Part shown: piece after piece, positions 20,058-28,534 of the stretch
Layout: each line of letters opens with the position of its first letter
Position numbering within the stretch: position 1 is the stretch's first letter
Origin: a virus
Taxonomy: Duplodnaviria; Caudoviricetes
Length of the DNA: 56,503 nucleotides
Virus record (IMG/VR): IMGVR_UViG_3300034180_000036
Span: 1 to 56,503 of that record
Direction: 5' to 3' (one strand)
Translations under genes and position numbers: made by a program
The notes under the pieces: model-generated
The model's database searches: none
The model's input: only the letters and a program-made list of their open reading frames with translations
Told to the model about the DNA's origin: nothing

Positions 20058-21127
20058 CAGATGTGCCAGTCCGTCGGCGCGCCGACGCCCTTCGGAGCTC
20101 GATACATTCGGAGGATGTCTCGGATGTACGGGTCTTTGGTGATGCCGTCGAGGCCGGCCGGCCGCTCGCTCGTTTCGCTCGCGACGCGATACTCGTGCCC
20201 GTCGGTCTTCTCCATGATGATGGTCCCGGCGATCCCGGTGTTCGCGACGATCGGCGCGGCGCCATAGGGCGGATTCGAAAGACGGTCGATCACGAGCCGC
20301 TCGACCGCGTCGATGATCGGTGCCGGCGTCGAGCCGTCGGCTTCGGTGTACCCGAAGACGCCGCGCACGTGTTGGTTCTGCCGCCCCTTCAAGAACTTGG
20401 GGTAGACGCCCGTGAACGGCAGCCGGTAGATCGCATCGCTCGTCGAACGATCGAGCACGATCTTCGGGTTGTGGCGGTCATCGTTCGGCGCCGCGCGCCC
20501 GTTGTAGACCCTGAAGAAGTCCGTCCCGAGGTCTTGGGTCGAATCGTTGATTCGAAGGAACTCGACCGAGATGACGGGCAGCGGGAGAAAGAGCGTGTCG
20601 GCGTTGTTGCCGTCGAGACGGAACTCGAGGGTGCGCGGGTTGAAGTGCTGACGGCAGTATCGCTCGACGAGCTGATGCACGATCCGCATCGTGAGCGTGA
20701 GCGTCGCGTCGTCCACGTCGAGAGCCGAAACGCCGAGTCCGCGGAACGCGCCGATCGTCGTGTAGAACGGATCACCGACGGCCGCGGGGTTGTAGACCTC
20801 GAACTCTTCCGTCGTGGTGAACTCGGGGCCAGCGATCACTTCGGTGAAGAACCAATCGATCCGATGGGTGCCCACGTTGAGCGTCGTCGGCGCCGTCCAC
20901 GGCGCGAAGAAGTGACCGGTCGCGATCTGCGAACCCGTCGGCGGCGCGGCGATCACGATCGCTTGCCGGCCCGAGACCGGAAAGACCTGCACCGGCGAAC
21001 CCGAGGTCAGATCGTAGATGACGAACTCGAGCGTCGCGGGATCCGTGAGGACGCCGCCGCTGGAGATCTGCACGTCGAGAATTGGCGTGACGTCGTCTGA
21101 GCTGTCGCCGAGCGCAATGCGGACCAT
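20057..21127 (-). CDS. Head-tail connector (gp6/gp15-like) with an N-terminal beta-sandwich extension
   Basis: YTT...R, VERYCRQHF, LDGN...LFLPLPVISV, GRQN..V.GVFGY....P..I..AV; an extra ~115-aa N-terminal domain. Confidence 0.75.
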   Translation of the reverse strand: MVRIALGDSSDDVTPILDVQISSGGVLTDPATLEFVIYDLTSGSPVQVFPVSGRQAIVIAAPPTGSQIATGHFFAPWTAPTTLNVGTHRIDWFFTEVIAGPEFTTTEEFEVYNPAAVGDPFYTTIGAFRGLGVSALDVDDATLTLTMRIVHQLVERYCRQHFNPRTLEFRLDGNNADTLFLPLPVISVEFLRINDSTQDLGTDFFRVYNGRAAPNDDRHNPKIVLDRSTSDAIYRLPFTGVYPKFLKGRQNQHVRGVFGYTEADGSTPAPIIDAVERLVIDRLSNPPYGAAPIVANTGIAGTIIMEKTDGHEYRVASETSERPAGLDGITKDPYIRDILRMYRAPKGVGAPTDWHI

Positions 21128-21131
21128 CGGA

Positions 21132-21482
21132 CTACCCCTTTCGGTGTCGGCGCCATCCTGGTCGGTGGAGCTCGACGCGCACCGCGAGCTGCGACTTGTG
21201 GCGCCCGTTGAGTGTAACGCGGACCTCGACCTCGCCGACGAACATCCGGATCCGCTCGAACGTGAAACGCTCGTCGCGAACGAACTCGGCTTCGAAGGTG
21301 GGTTGGTCGGGCCCGAACTCGCGCGCGCGGATCAGGTTCGCAGACGCGCCGCCGCCGCGATCCAAACCGATCGCGCTGATCGTCTCAGGGGCCTTTGCGA
21401 GAGCGGTCCAGCGCGCGAGATGCTCGGGGTTCTCGAGGTCGAAACGGAGCGTCTCGCCTGCCGTCGTGTTGACCACGAGCAT
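21132..21482 (-). CDS. Hypothetical protein (116 aa)
   Basis: In operon order, with an AAGGAAGG SD-like sequence upstream. Confidence 0.55.
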   Translation of the reverse strand: MLVVNTTAGETLRFDLENPEHLARWTALAKAPETISAIGLDRGGGASANLIRAREFGPDQPTFEAEFVRDERFTFERIRMFVGEVEVRVTLNGRHKSQLAVRVELHRPGWRRHRKG

Positions 21483-21498
21483 TCCGCGCGCCTTCCTT

Positions 21499-21972
21499 TC
21501 AGGACGAGGAGCGCTTCGACTTGGAGGGCGCGGGCTCGGGGGCGGGGGCGGGCTCGGCCGCGACTTCGGATCGGGCGGGCTTGGACGGCGGCTTCAGCGC
21601 TTCGCTCACTGCCGCGCGGATCTCGACGGGGACGCTCTCGATCTTGAGAGAGCCGGACCGAACGAGCTCCGCGATGCGCGGGACCTGCGCGTCGCTCACC
21701 TTCTTCCGCGGCTTCGCTTCGGCCGCCTTGGCCGCCGCCTTCTTCATGCGTGCGTCCGCCGCGTGAGCGGGCGCCTGCGCAGCCGCCGGCACGGTGAAGT
21801 GCCGGTAGAGCGCCGGGTGATGTTGCTGGATGTGCGCGAGCTCCTCTTCGGTCACGACCATCGTGCCGAGCGGGCGCACCAGAAGCGATCCCTCGCGGGA
21901 ACGCTCGATGCCCGCCGGGAAGTCGTCGACCGGCGTCGGCGGGCAATTCGGGTTGACGATCACGAGCGGCAT
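21499..21972 (-). CDS. Hypothetical protein with a low-complexity C-terminus (157 aa)
   Basis: AAGGAGG SD upstream of the ATG; follows the capsid cluster. Confidence 0.65.
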   Translation of the reverse strand: MPLVIVNPNCPPTPVDDFPAGIERSREGSLLVRPLGTMVVTEEELAHIQQHHPALYRHFTVPAAAQAPAHAADARMKKAAAKAAEAKPRKKVSDAQVPRIAELVRSGSLKIESVPVEIRAAVSEALKPPSKPARSEVAAEPAPAPEPAPSKSKRSSS

Positions 21973-21983
21973 CGAGGCCTCCT

Positions 21984-22310
21984 TTAGCCGGCCGACCCCT
22001 CGGAGCCGCCGGCCTTCGCCTTGGTCTTCGTCTTCTTCGAGCTCGTCGCGGAGGCCGGCGGCGCCGCCTCCGCATCGCCCGAGGCCTTCGACCTCGTCTT
22101 CCGCTTCGACGTCGGTTTCGGCGTGGGGTTCTTCGGCTTCGCCTTCGAACCTCGACCATCTTCGATGACGCTGACCCCGAAGCCCTGTCGCTTGGACAGG
22201 TACGCGATCAGACGCTCGTTCGTGATCGTGCGCGTTTCACCGCGCGCCCACGTTTCGCCGCCGACTTCCTGCGACGCGCTCTCTCCGTTGTAAGTCACTC
22301 GTGCTTTCAC
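21984..22310 (-). CDS. Small capsid-adjacent protein with a Lys-rich tail (108 aa)
   Basis: AAGGAG SD, GTG start; directly downstream of the major capsid gene. Confidence 0.65.
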   Translation of the reverse strand: MKARVTYNGESASQEVGGETWARGETRTITNERLIAYLSKRQGFGVSVIEDGRGSKAKPKNPTPKPTSKRKTRSKASGDAEAAPPASATSSKKTKTKAKAGGSEGSAG

Positions 22311-22349
22311 CTTGATGTTCTCCTTTCAAACCCAATCGGTGAGCGCGAA

Positions 22350-23552
22350 CTACAGCGCGAGACCCAGGTTCCGGGCCTTGGCGACCGCGGTGATCTCCTC
22401 GAACTTGCAGTCGACCTTGAGCGTGATCGCGTACTGGTTCACGCGCTTGAAGATGTCCCGATCCTTCTCGATCCGGATGTCCCGACCGATCGCGATGAGG
22501 AGGTTCTGCATGGGCGTGAGGATGATCTGCGGCTGCGCGTTGTACGTGACCTTCACCGTCTGGCCGTCGGTGATGCCCGCGAGCGCGATGCGCGCGATCG
22601 TGCCGGCCGTCGCGTCGAGCGTGTAGTCGGTCGACTCCACGTACGGCGTGGTCGGCGTGTCGAGGCCGATCGTCGTCGGCGTCACCACCACGCTGGACAC
22701 CGGCGAGTGACGGAGCGCGACGGCCGTGGTGGCGTTGAGCGTGACGTGCTCGACCACCGGCGGCTGGAACGGCCACAGCGGGACCTCGACGGCCTTGATC
22801 CCCTGCGGGTTCGGCGCCATGCCCTCGATCGCACGGTCGCCGGCGCCCGTGGCGCGCGCGGCGAGCCGCTCGACGTACAGCGACCACAGGTCGCTGGACA
22901 TGTACCAGCGCAGCGCCGCCTTGTTCCGGCGGAACTTCGTCGGCAGAGCGCGGAGCAACCGCGAGAAGATGTTGTGACCGATCGCGGCGCCCTGCGCGTC
23001 GACGATCGCGCCGCTGTCGGCCTGGCGCGACCAGCCCGAGATGAGCGCGAGATACGTGTCGAGCACGTACTGAGTCGAGCTCGCCGGGCCGCCCGGGAGG
23101 TTCGACGCGAGCGTCGCCGGACCGACGGTGTCGCCGAGCACGTAGAGCTCTTCGAGGTTGTTCGCGACCACCGTCGCCATCAGGCGGATGATCGTGTCCT
23201 CGATGTCGTCGCCCTCGATGTTGTGCTCTTTGAACGAGTCGCCGATCTCGAAGGGCACGATGATCTCGTGCGGGGTCAGCGTGATCTTCGAGGTCGTGAT
23301 CCCGACCCGTCGGCCCGGATCCTGCGCCTCGGCCGCCGGCATCGCGACGCGAGAGCCAACGCCGATCTTGTCGACGTCGAGCGTCTCGTTGCGGAAGCGG
23401 ACGATGCGCGCGTTGTTCTTCATCGAGGTCTCGTCGATGACGTAGTCGATGAACTTGTCGCTCTGCGCCGCGTTGAGCTTGCCCGAAGCCGCGATCGCAT
23501 CCGTGGTGATCGCGGCCTTGTTGACGAGCTCCTGGTTGGTGATGCCACTCAT
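22350..23552 (-). CDS. Major capsid protein (HK97 fold)
   Basis: GKLNAAQSDKFIDYVIDE, NIEGDDIEDTII.LMA...ANNLEEL...GD, ALPTKFR, LTPMQNL.I.IGRDIRIEKDRDI. Confidence 0.92.
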   Translation of the reverse strand: MSGITNQELVNKAAITTDAIAASGKLNAAQSDKFIDYVIDETSMKNNARIVRFRNETLDVDKIGVGSRVAMPAAEAQDPGRRVGITTSKITLTPHEIIVPFEIGDSFKEHNIEGDDIEDTIIRLMATVVANNLEELYVLGDTVGPATLASNLPGGPASSTQYVLDTYLALISGWSRQADSGAIVDAQGAAIGHNIFSRLLRALPTKFRRNKAALRWYMSSDLWSLYVERLAARATGAGDRAIEGMAPNPQGIKAVEVPLWPFQPPVVEHVTLNATTAVALRHSPVSSVVVTPTTIGLDTPTTPYVESTDYTLDATAGTIARIALAGITDGQTVKVTYNAQPQIILTPMQNLLIAIGRDIRIEKDRDIFKRVNQYAITLKVDCKFEEITAVAKARNLGLAL

Positions 23553-23602
23553 CTTGGTTCTTCCCTTTCGTGTCGAATCTTCAGAGGGGTGTCAGCTCGG
23601 GC

Positions 23603-24460
23603 CTACAGCCCGATCCCGTTCCAGAAGCCCTCGTTCTTCTTGACCTCGGTCGTGGTTTCGTCCCCGCCGTTGGGGCTCGCGTTGGCCGGCTCGCCGCGGG
23701 CCTTCTCGATCTTCTCGAGCCGCGCGCCCTGATCGTCGATGCTCTTCTTGAGCTCGACGACCCACGCGGGCGGGGTGTCGTCTTCGGCCTTCTTGATCGG
23801 CGAGTCCTCGCCCATCTTCGGCTTGTCGGGCGTGCCGCCGGCGCCCTGCGGACGGACCGCCGAGCGAACCGTCGCGTTCGACGGGAGCATCGCCATCTTC
23901 TCGAGGTAGGCGGCGAACGAGACCGGGTCCATCTCGAAGGCGGCTTCGCTCATCTTCTCGAGGCCGTCGAAGAGCGACTTCGCGCGAGCCTCGGTCACGA
24001 CCTGGCCCTTCGACACGGCGATCGCCGTCTGCCCCATGTCCGCGAGCACCTCGTGCAGCGACTTCGCGACGGGCTCGGCCTTCTCGGTCTTCGCCTTCTC
24101 GGCCGCCGCCGCTGCCGCCGCCTTCTCGGCCTCGGCCTTCTCGGTCGCGAGGGCCTCCATGGCCTTCTCGATGTCGGCGCCCGCTTTCGCGATCTCCTCG
24201 GCGGTCTTCGCCGTCTTGGCGCGCTGCAACGCCTCGGCCAGCGCGGGCGGCATCTTGCCGCCGCCCTTGGCCTTCTCGGTGTCGACAGCATCGGCGCCGT
24301 CGGCGCCGGCGTTCTTCGTGATCGTCTCGAAAGCGCTCATCAAAGGATTCCTCCGTTTGGTTACCAGGAACCGACGCCGGTTCGCGGCTTTGTCCACGAG
24401 CGAGACCTCTTCGACGTCGGTGTCGAGGAGCTCACGCGGTTTTTTGGGGCGAGTGCCCAT
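23603..24460 (-). CDS. Capsid scaffolding protein carrying an N-terminal XkdF-like PREL...EVSLVDKAAN segment
   Basis: Ala/Glu/Lys-rich coiled coil before the capsid gene; ends FWNGIGL; a second, SD-led (GGAGG) in-frame ATG at 24340. Confidence 0.75.
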   Translation of the reverse strand: MGTRPKKPRELLDTDVEEVSLVDKAANRRRFLVTKRRNPLMSAFETITKNAGADGADAVDTEKAKGGGKMPPALAEALQRAKTAKTAEEIAKAGADIEKAMEALATEKAEAEKAAAAAAAEKAKTEKAEPVAKSLHEVLADMGQTAIAVSKGQVVTEARAKSLFDGLEKMSEAAFEMDPVSFAAYLEKMAMLPSNATVRSAVRPQGAGGTPDKPKMGEDSPIKKAEDDTPPAWVVELKKSIDDQGARLEKIEKARGEPANASPNGGDETTTEVKKNEGFWNGIGL

Positions 24461-24494
24461 GTGGGCGAGGTTATGGATCTGCGAGGTCGGAGGT

Positions 24495-27400
24495 CTACCC
24501 TTCGCGATCGTCGTCGTCTTCCGCCGGCACCGTCGCGATCCCGCCGATCGAGAAACCGGTGATCGACCCGTTCTTCACGCGGCGCCACAGGTCGTCGGAA
24601 AGGACCCGAACGGTCATGACCCAAGAGCCCTTTTTGACGTCCTGGCCGCCGAGCTTCATGTCGACCGGCGCGATGTAGCTCTCTACGAGTTCGATGCCCA
24701 GCTCGCCGAAAACGGCATGCATGACACCCATACGGGTCCGACGGTTGTACGCCGCAAGGAAACGGTGCGCCGCGCGCTCGATGGCCGGCGCCCGGATGAA
24801 GTCGTTGTGCGCGTCCGTCTCCATGGGGGTGCCGGGCTCGAGCACGATCCCCGTGACGAGCCGCTTCTCGCCTTCGGCTTTCTCGAGAGCGACCAGCCGG
24901 AGATCTCCGACCGGCCCGTCTTCTTCCTCGATGATCGCTTTCGTCAGCCGCCGGAAGCGCCATGAGTCATCGCGCTTGATCAGGTCGAACGTGCCCGCCA
25001 TCGACGAGCCTTTCAGCACAAACCGAGCGAGCGTGTCCTCGTCAGCAAGCACGTCGAGCGCGCCGACGGCGAGTCGCGACATCGACTCGGCGCCCGCCCA
25101 ATGCCCTTCGGGAAGCTCGCCGTCAATGTCGATGACATCCGGCCCCGCCGCCTTGGTGATCGTCACCGCGTGCTCGCCGCCTTCGATCGCTTCGCCGACC
25201 TCGATCGCGATCGGATCGCGCGCACCGCCGAAGTCCAGATGAAGCACCTGGTGACCGCCCACGTCGTGAAGCGCGAAGCGCGCCGGACGGCCGCCGGTTC
25301 GGTCTTCGTCGAAGCTCGCGGACCATCCATCATCGGCCCGCTTCAGGATCAGGGCGCGGTCGCCGAGGTCGAATCGGATCCCGTCCTCGTCTTCGAGCTC
25401 GGTCCGCTTCGCGATTCCGTGTGCCGCGAGACGATACGTCGGGCTGTCTTCCGTTTCCCCGTGCGTGTCCAACCAGAGTCCCGGCTCCCAACCGAGCCGC
25501 ACCGCAGGGCCCGGATCGGACCAGGCGACCGGGAGCTCGGCGGCCTTCGCGAGACGCACGCGACCACCAACATCGACCGATTCGAGCGACCACGCTTCGA
25601 CGACGTCGCGGTCACCGACTCGGAACTCGAGGCGCGCGCGCGTTCCGTCGAAGACCTGGTGAAGCGCCCATCGCTCCCACCCGACGGCCTTCTTCACCGG
25701 GAGCGGGCGCACGCCGTCGACGTCTTCCCCGTTCGACGCGAGACGATCCTCAGCGTTCTCCATGTGCGCGTCACACACCGGGATGAACGCCTTTCCCTCA
25801 GCCCACAGCACCGCCTTCTGCGCGGGGGCATCACAGAACTTGCACCGGTGCGCCCGCTCGAGCGGCTTGGCGCGGAACTCGACTGCGAGACTCTCGTCGA
25901 GCGCCTTCTCTGTGTCCTCATCGAGCCGCGGGCCCGCCTTGCCCTTGCCCCGGAGGTCGACGTCAACGGCCGCCCCTGCGAGGAAGGAATCGACGCGCGC
26001 GCGCGCCCATGAGCGCGCATCGACTCCGGCTCTCTGAACGGGTGAGAGCATTGCGGCGCCGCGGTGCCATGCGACACGGAGAGCGCCGAGTTCGGCTTTG
26101 TGCTCTTCCGCCTTCGCCGCGAGCTCAGCTTCGACGTCCAGGCCCAGAGTGCGATCGCCGGCACGCAACGCGGCTTCGACCTTCGCCTTGTGTCGTCGCC
26201 ACACCTTCGTCGCCCATGCGCGTCCCGCTTCGCCGCCGCGCAGAAGATACGAGACCCACTGCGGAGACGGCGCCGACGGGTCGCCCCAGCCCGCCGCGCG
26301 TGGCGCGCGTGCGTTCTGCGCGAAGAACGCGACCATCTGTCCGACAGCGTCGACCGGCACAGCACGACCAGCGTCCAGGTCGTACGCGCGCGCGATCGCG
26401 ACCGGCGAGCCACCACGCGCGAAAGACTCGAAGAGCTCGAGCCCACGGCGCGCCGCGGCGGCAACATCCTTCGGAGGCGTCACGCCATGCGTTTCGGACT
26501 TCGCGATCTTCACCCCGAAGTTGTTGAAGATCTTGATCTCGGACGACCCCGAAAAGCCGCCGGTCCGCGCCGACATCGTCGACTCGACGAAGCGCGAACC
26601 GAGGTCGAGTTCGCCTTGAAACGCGACGATCGCCTTGCCCTTCAGATCCTTCACGGCCTGCTCGAACTTCACGACGTCGAAGTTGGTCCACGCCTCGCCG
26701 ATGCCCGGGATCACCTTGCCGGGCGCGCGCCCGCCCGACAGCCACGGCGGATCGAAGAAGAAGACCGTCCGTGGTCCGTCGTACTTCGCCAGCTTCTTCA
26801 GCGCATCGCCTTCGACGAGCTCGACGTTCGCCAAGCGCTCGCGCCACTTCTCAAGGTTGCGCAGGAAGACAGACGCATCGCGTGCCTGAACCGATGCGGA
26901 GAAGTCGGGCCCGACGCCGGCGCCACGCACGGAGAAGTGATTGAGGTACTTCGCGCGATACGCCTGGCGCCGCGGATCGCCCTTGAACTTCATCGCCTTG
27001 AGCCGCGCGAAGTTGGACGGCGACCAGCGCCAGAACTGCTTTCGCATCCACGCGAAGTCGCTGTCGTCGCCGGTCTTCAGAAAACGCAGAACGGCCATGA
27101 CGTCGGGATCGATGTCGATGATGACCTCTCGATCGCTGGGCTCCTTCGCGAAGAGCACGGCCGCGCCGCCGGCGTACGCCTCGACGTACGTGTCGTGTTC
27201 CGGGAGCATGTCGACGAGCTGTCGCGCGAAGGCTGACTTGCCCCCAGGGCTCTTGAGCGGCTTCGGGATGCCGGTCGCCTTCTCGACCGCGACAACGGCC
27301 CACGGATCGCCGTCGATCGCGAAGCGTTGGGCTTTCGCCACCTCCGCAAGTTCAACGTCTTCCGCAAGGTCGAACTCGAGCACGCGAGGATCCACGTCGC

Positions 27401-28262
27401 CGATCGCGCTGTACGGGTCCAGGTCTGCGCTCTTCAGAACCGGCGCGCTGAGCGCGTCGAGTTCGGACGGGGCGCTTGGGTGCTCGAGGCCGCGCCGTCC
27501 GAGCTCGGCAACGATGAGAGCGTGTCGGTTCACGTCGGCGCGCAGATCGTCGGACGCCTCGGCATGAACGCGCGCGTGCTCGATCAGAAGCGCCGACGTC
27601 CGCTCGGTGCGCGGGTCGACCGACTTGCGGATCTTCTGACCGCCCAGGCTCGGCAGCACCCGCTTTTTGAAGTCGGCCATCGGGACAACGAGCACCGGCC
27701 CAAGGTGCTCGGCCGCCATGTGCTCGAGGTAGCTGTCGATCGCTTCGGCGCGCGAAGCGTAGCCGAGCATCACCTTCCACTCGTCGAACTGGCCCGGCTC
27801 CATGCCGAGGTTTTCGATCTCCCATTCGCCGGCGAGCTGCGCGATCACGAAGGCATGACTCGCGTCTTCCACCGGCCCGACGTACACGTCGAGCTCCTCG
27901 CCGTCCGCTCCGGTCGTCCCGCGGATGTAGCCGTAATCGGCCTTCATCTCGCGCCGAAAGTCGCTGTCTTCGTACTCGCGGACGGAGCCCGCCGGCCACT
28001 CGACCATGACCGGGATCCCTTGGAACGTCCGCTTCGTCTGCACCTCGTCGTTCTTGAGCAGTCGACGGAGCTTCGCTTGTCCGACTTCGCCGAGAAGATT
28101 CCACTGATCACGGACAGCGCGCAGGAACGGATCGGCGTCTCGGATCGCGCCCGCGATTCCGTCGCCGAGTCCGCGCTCGGGGGGCGTCTCGGTCTTCTTG
28201 GTGAGCGCCTTCCGGCGCGCGCGCGACGTGCGCGGGGCGATGAAGGGCGACGGCCTCGTCAT
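24495..28262 (-). CDS. Polyvalent head protein (~1255 aa): PPase-like domain, Dam-like (D12) DNA adenine methyltransferase, several small domains and a C-terminal XkdF-type prohead serine protease
   Basis: YGYIRGTTGADGEELDVYVGP / FDEWKVMLGY; PGGKS...YVEAYAGGAAVLFAK...DID, FFFDPPW; KRLVTGIVLEP..DAHND...GVMH..ESYIAP..KGSWV...GFSIGG. Start placed at ATG 28262 because 28291..28524 occupies the upstream region. Confidence 0.85.
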   Translation of the reverse strand: MTRPSPFIAPRTSRARRKALTKKTETPPERGLGDGIAGAIRDADPFLRAVRDQWNLLGEVGQAKLRRLLKNDEVQTKRTFQGIPVMVEWPAGSVREYEDSDFRREMKADYGYIRGTTGADGEELDVYVGPVEDASHAFVIAQLAGEWEIENLGMEPGQFDEWKVMLGYASRAEAIDSYLEHMAAEHLGPVLVVPMADFKKRVLPSLGGQKIRKSVDPRTERTSALLIEHARVHAEASDDLRADVNRHALIVAELGRRGLEHPSAPSELDALSAPVLKSADLDPYSAIGDVDPRVLEFDLAEDVELAEVAKAQRFAIDGDPWAVVAVEKATGIPKPLKSPGGKSAFARQLVDMLPEHDTYVEAYAGGAAVLFAKEPSDREVIIDIDPDVMAVLRFLKTGDDSDFAWMRKQFWRWSPSNFARLKAMKFKGDPRRQAYRAKYLNHFSVRGAGVGPDFSASVQARDASVFLRNLEKWRERLANVELVEGDALKKLAKYDGPRTVFFFDPPWLSGGRAPGKVIPGIGEAWTNFDVVKFEQAVKDLKGKAIVAFQGELDLGSRFVESTMSARTGGFSGSSEIKIFNNFGVKIAKSETHGVTPPKDVAAAARRGLELFESFARGGSPVAIARAYDLDAGRAVPVDAVGQMVAFFAQNARAPRAAGWGDPSAPSPQWVSYLLRGGEAGRAWATKVWRRHKAKVEAALRAGDRTLGLDVEAELAAKAEEHKAELGALRVAWHRGAAMLSPVQRAGVDARSWARARVDSFLAGAAVDVDLRGKGKAGPRLDEDTEKALDESLAVEFRAKPLERAHRCKFCDAPAQKAVLWAEGKAFIPVCDAHMENAEDRLASNGEDVDGVRPLPVKKAVGWERWALHQVFDGTRARLEFRVGDRDVVEAWSLESVDVGGRVRLAKAAELPVAWSDPGPAVRLGWEPGLWLDTHGETEDSPTYRLAAHGIAKRTELEDEDGIRFDLGDRALILKRADDGWSASFDEDRTGGRPARFALHDVGGHQVLHLDFGGARDPIAIEVGEAIEGGEHAVTITKAAGPDVIDIDGELPEGHWAGAESMSRLAVGALDVLADEDTLARFVLKGSSMAGTFDLIKRDDSWRFRRLTKAIIEEEDGPVGDLRLVALEKAEGEKRLVTGIVLEPGTPMETDAHNDFIRAPAIERAAHRFLAAYNRRTRMGVMHAVFGELGIELVESYIAPVDMKLGGQDVKKGSWVMTVRVLSDDLWRRVKNGSITGFSIGGIATVPAEDDDDREG

Positions 28263-28290
28263 GCGCGGGAGGTTACCGCGCGGGCGATCG

Positions 28291-28524
28291 TCAGCGACGC
28301 GCTTTGGCCTGAGCTGCGAGAGCCCGCGCTTTGTCACGCATCGATGCGCGCGTCTTTGCTTTCACTTTGACGCCGGCCTTGGCCAGCGCAGGAGCGAGCT
28401 CGTCAGCGCGAGAACCCATCGTCAGCTTCAAGGCCTCGACCTCATCGCCCGTGATCTCGCCCTTGGCCTTCGCCCACGTCACGGCCGCCTCGATATCTTT
28501 GGGGGCTATGTCGCGCATCCGCAT
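28291..28524 (-). CDS. Small basic hypothetical protein (77 aa); candidate partner/immunity protein of the MuF protein
   Basis: ATG at 28524, about 10 nt after the MuF stop; helical sequence. The role is inferred from position only. Confidence 0.55.
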   Translation of the reverse strand: MRMRDIAPKDIEAAVTWAKAKGEITGDEVEALKLTMGSRADELAPALAKAGVKVKAKTRASMRDKARALAAQAKARR

Positions 28525-28534
28525 GCTTGTCTTT

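Noticed and set aside
24439-24449. CCCCAAAAAA run near the scaffold start as a slippery site
   Set aside because: Not in X XXY YYZ register with the reading frame, and no meaningful alternative product is apparent.
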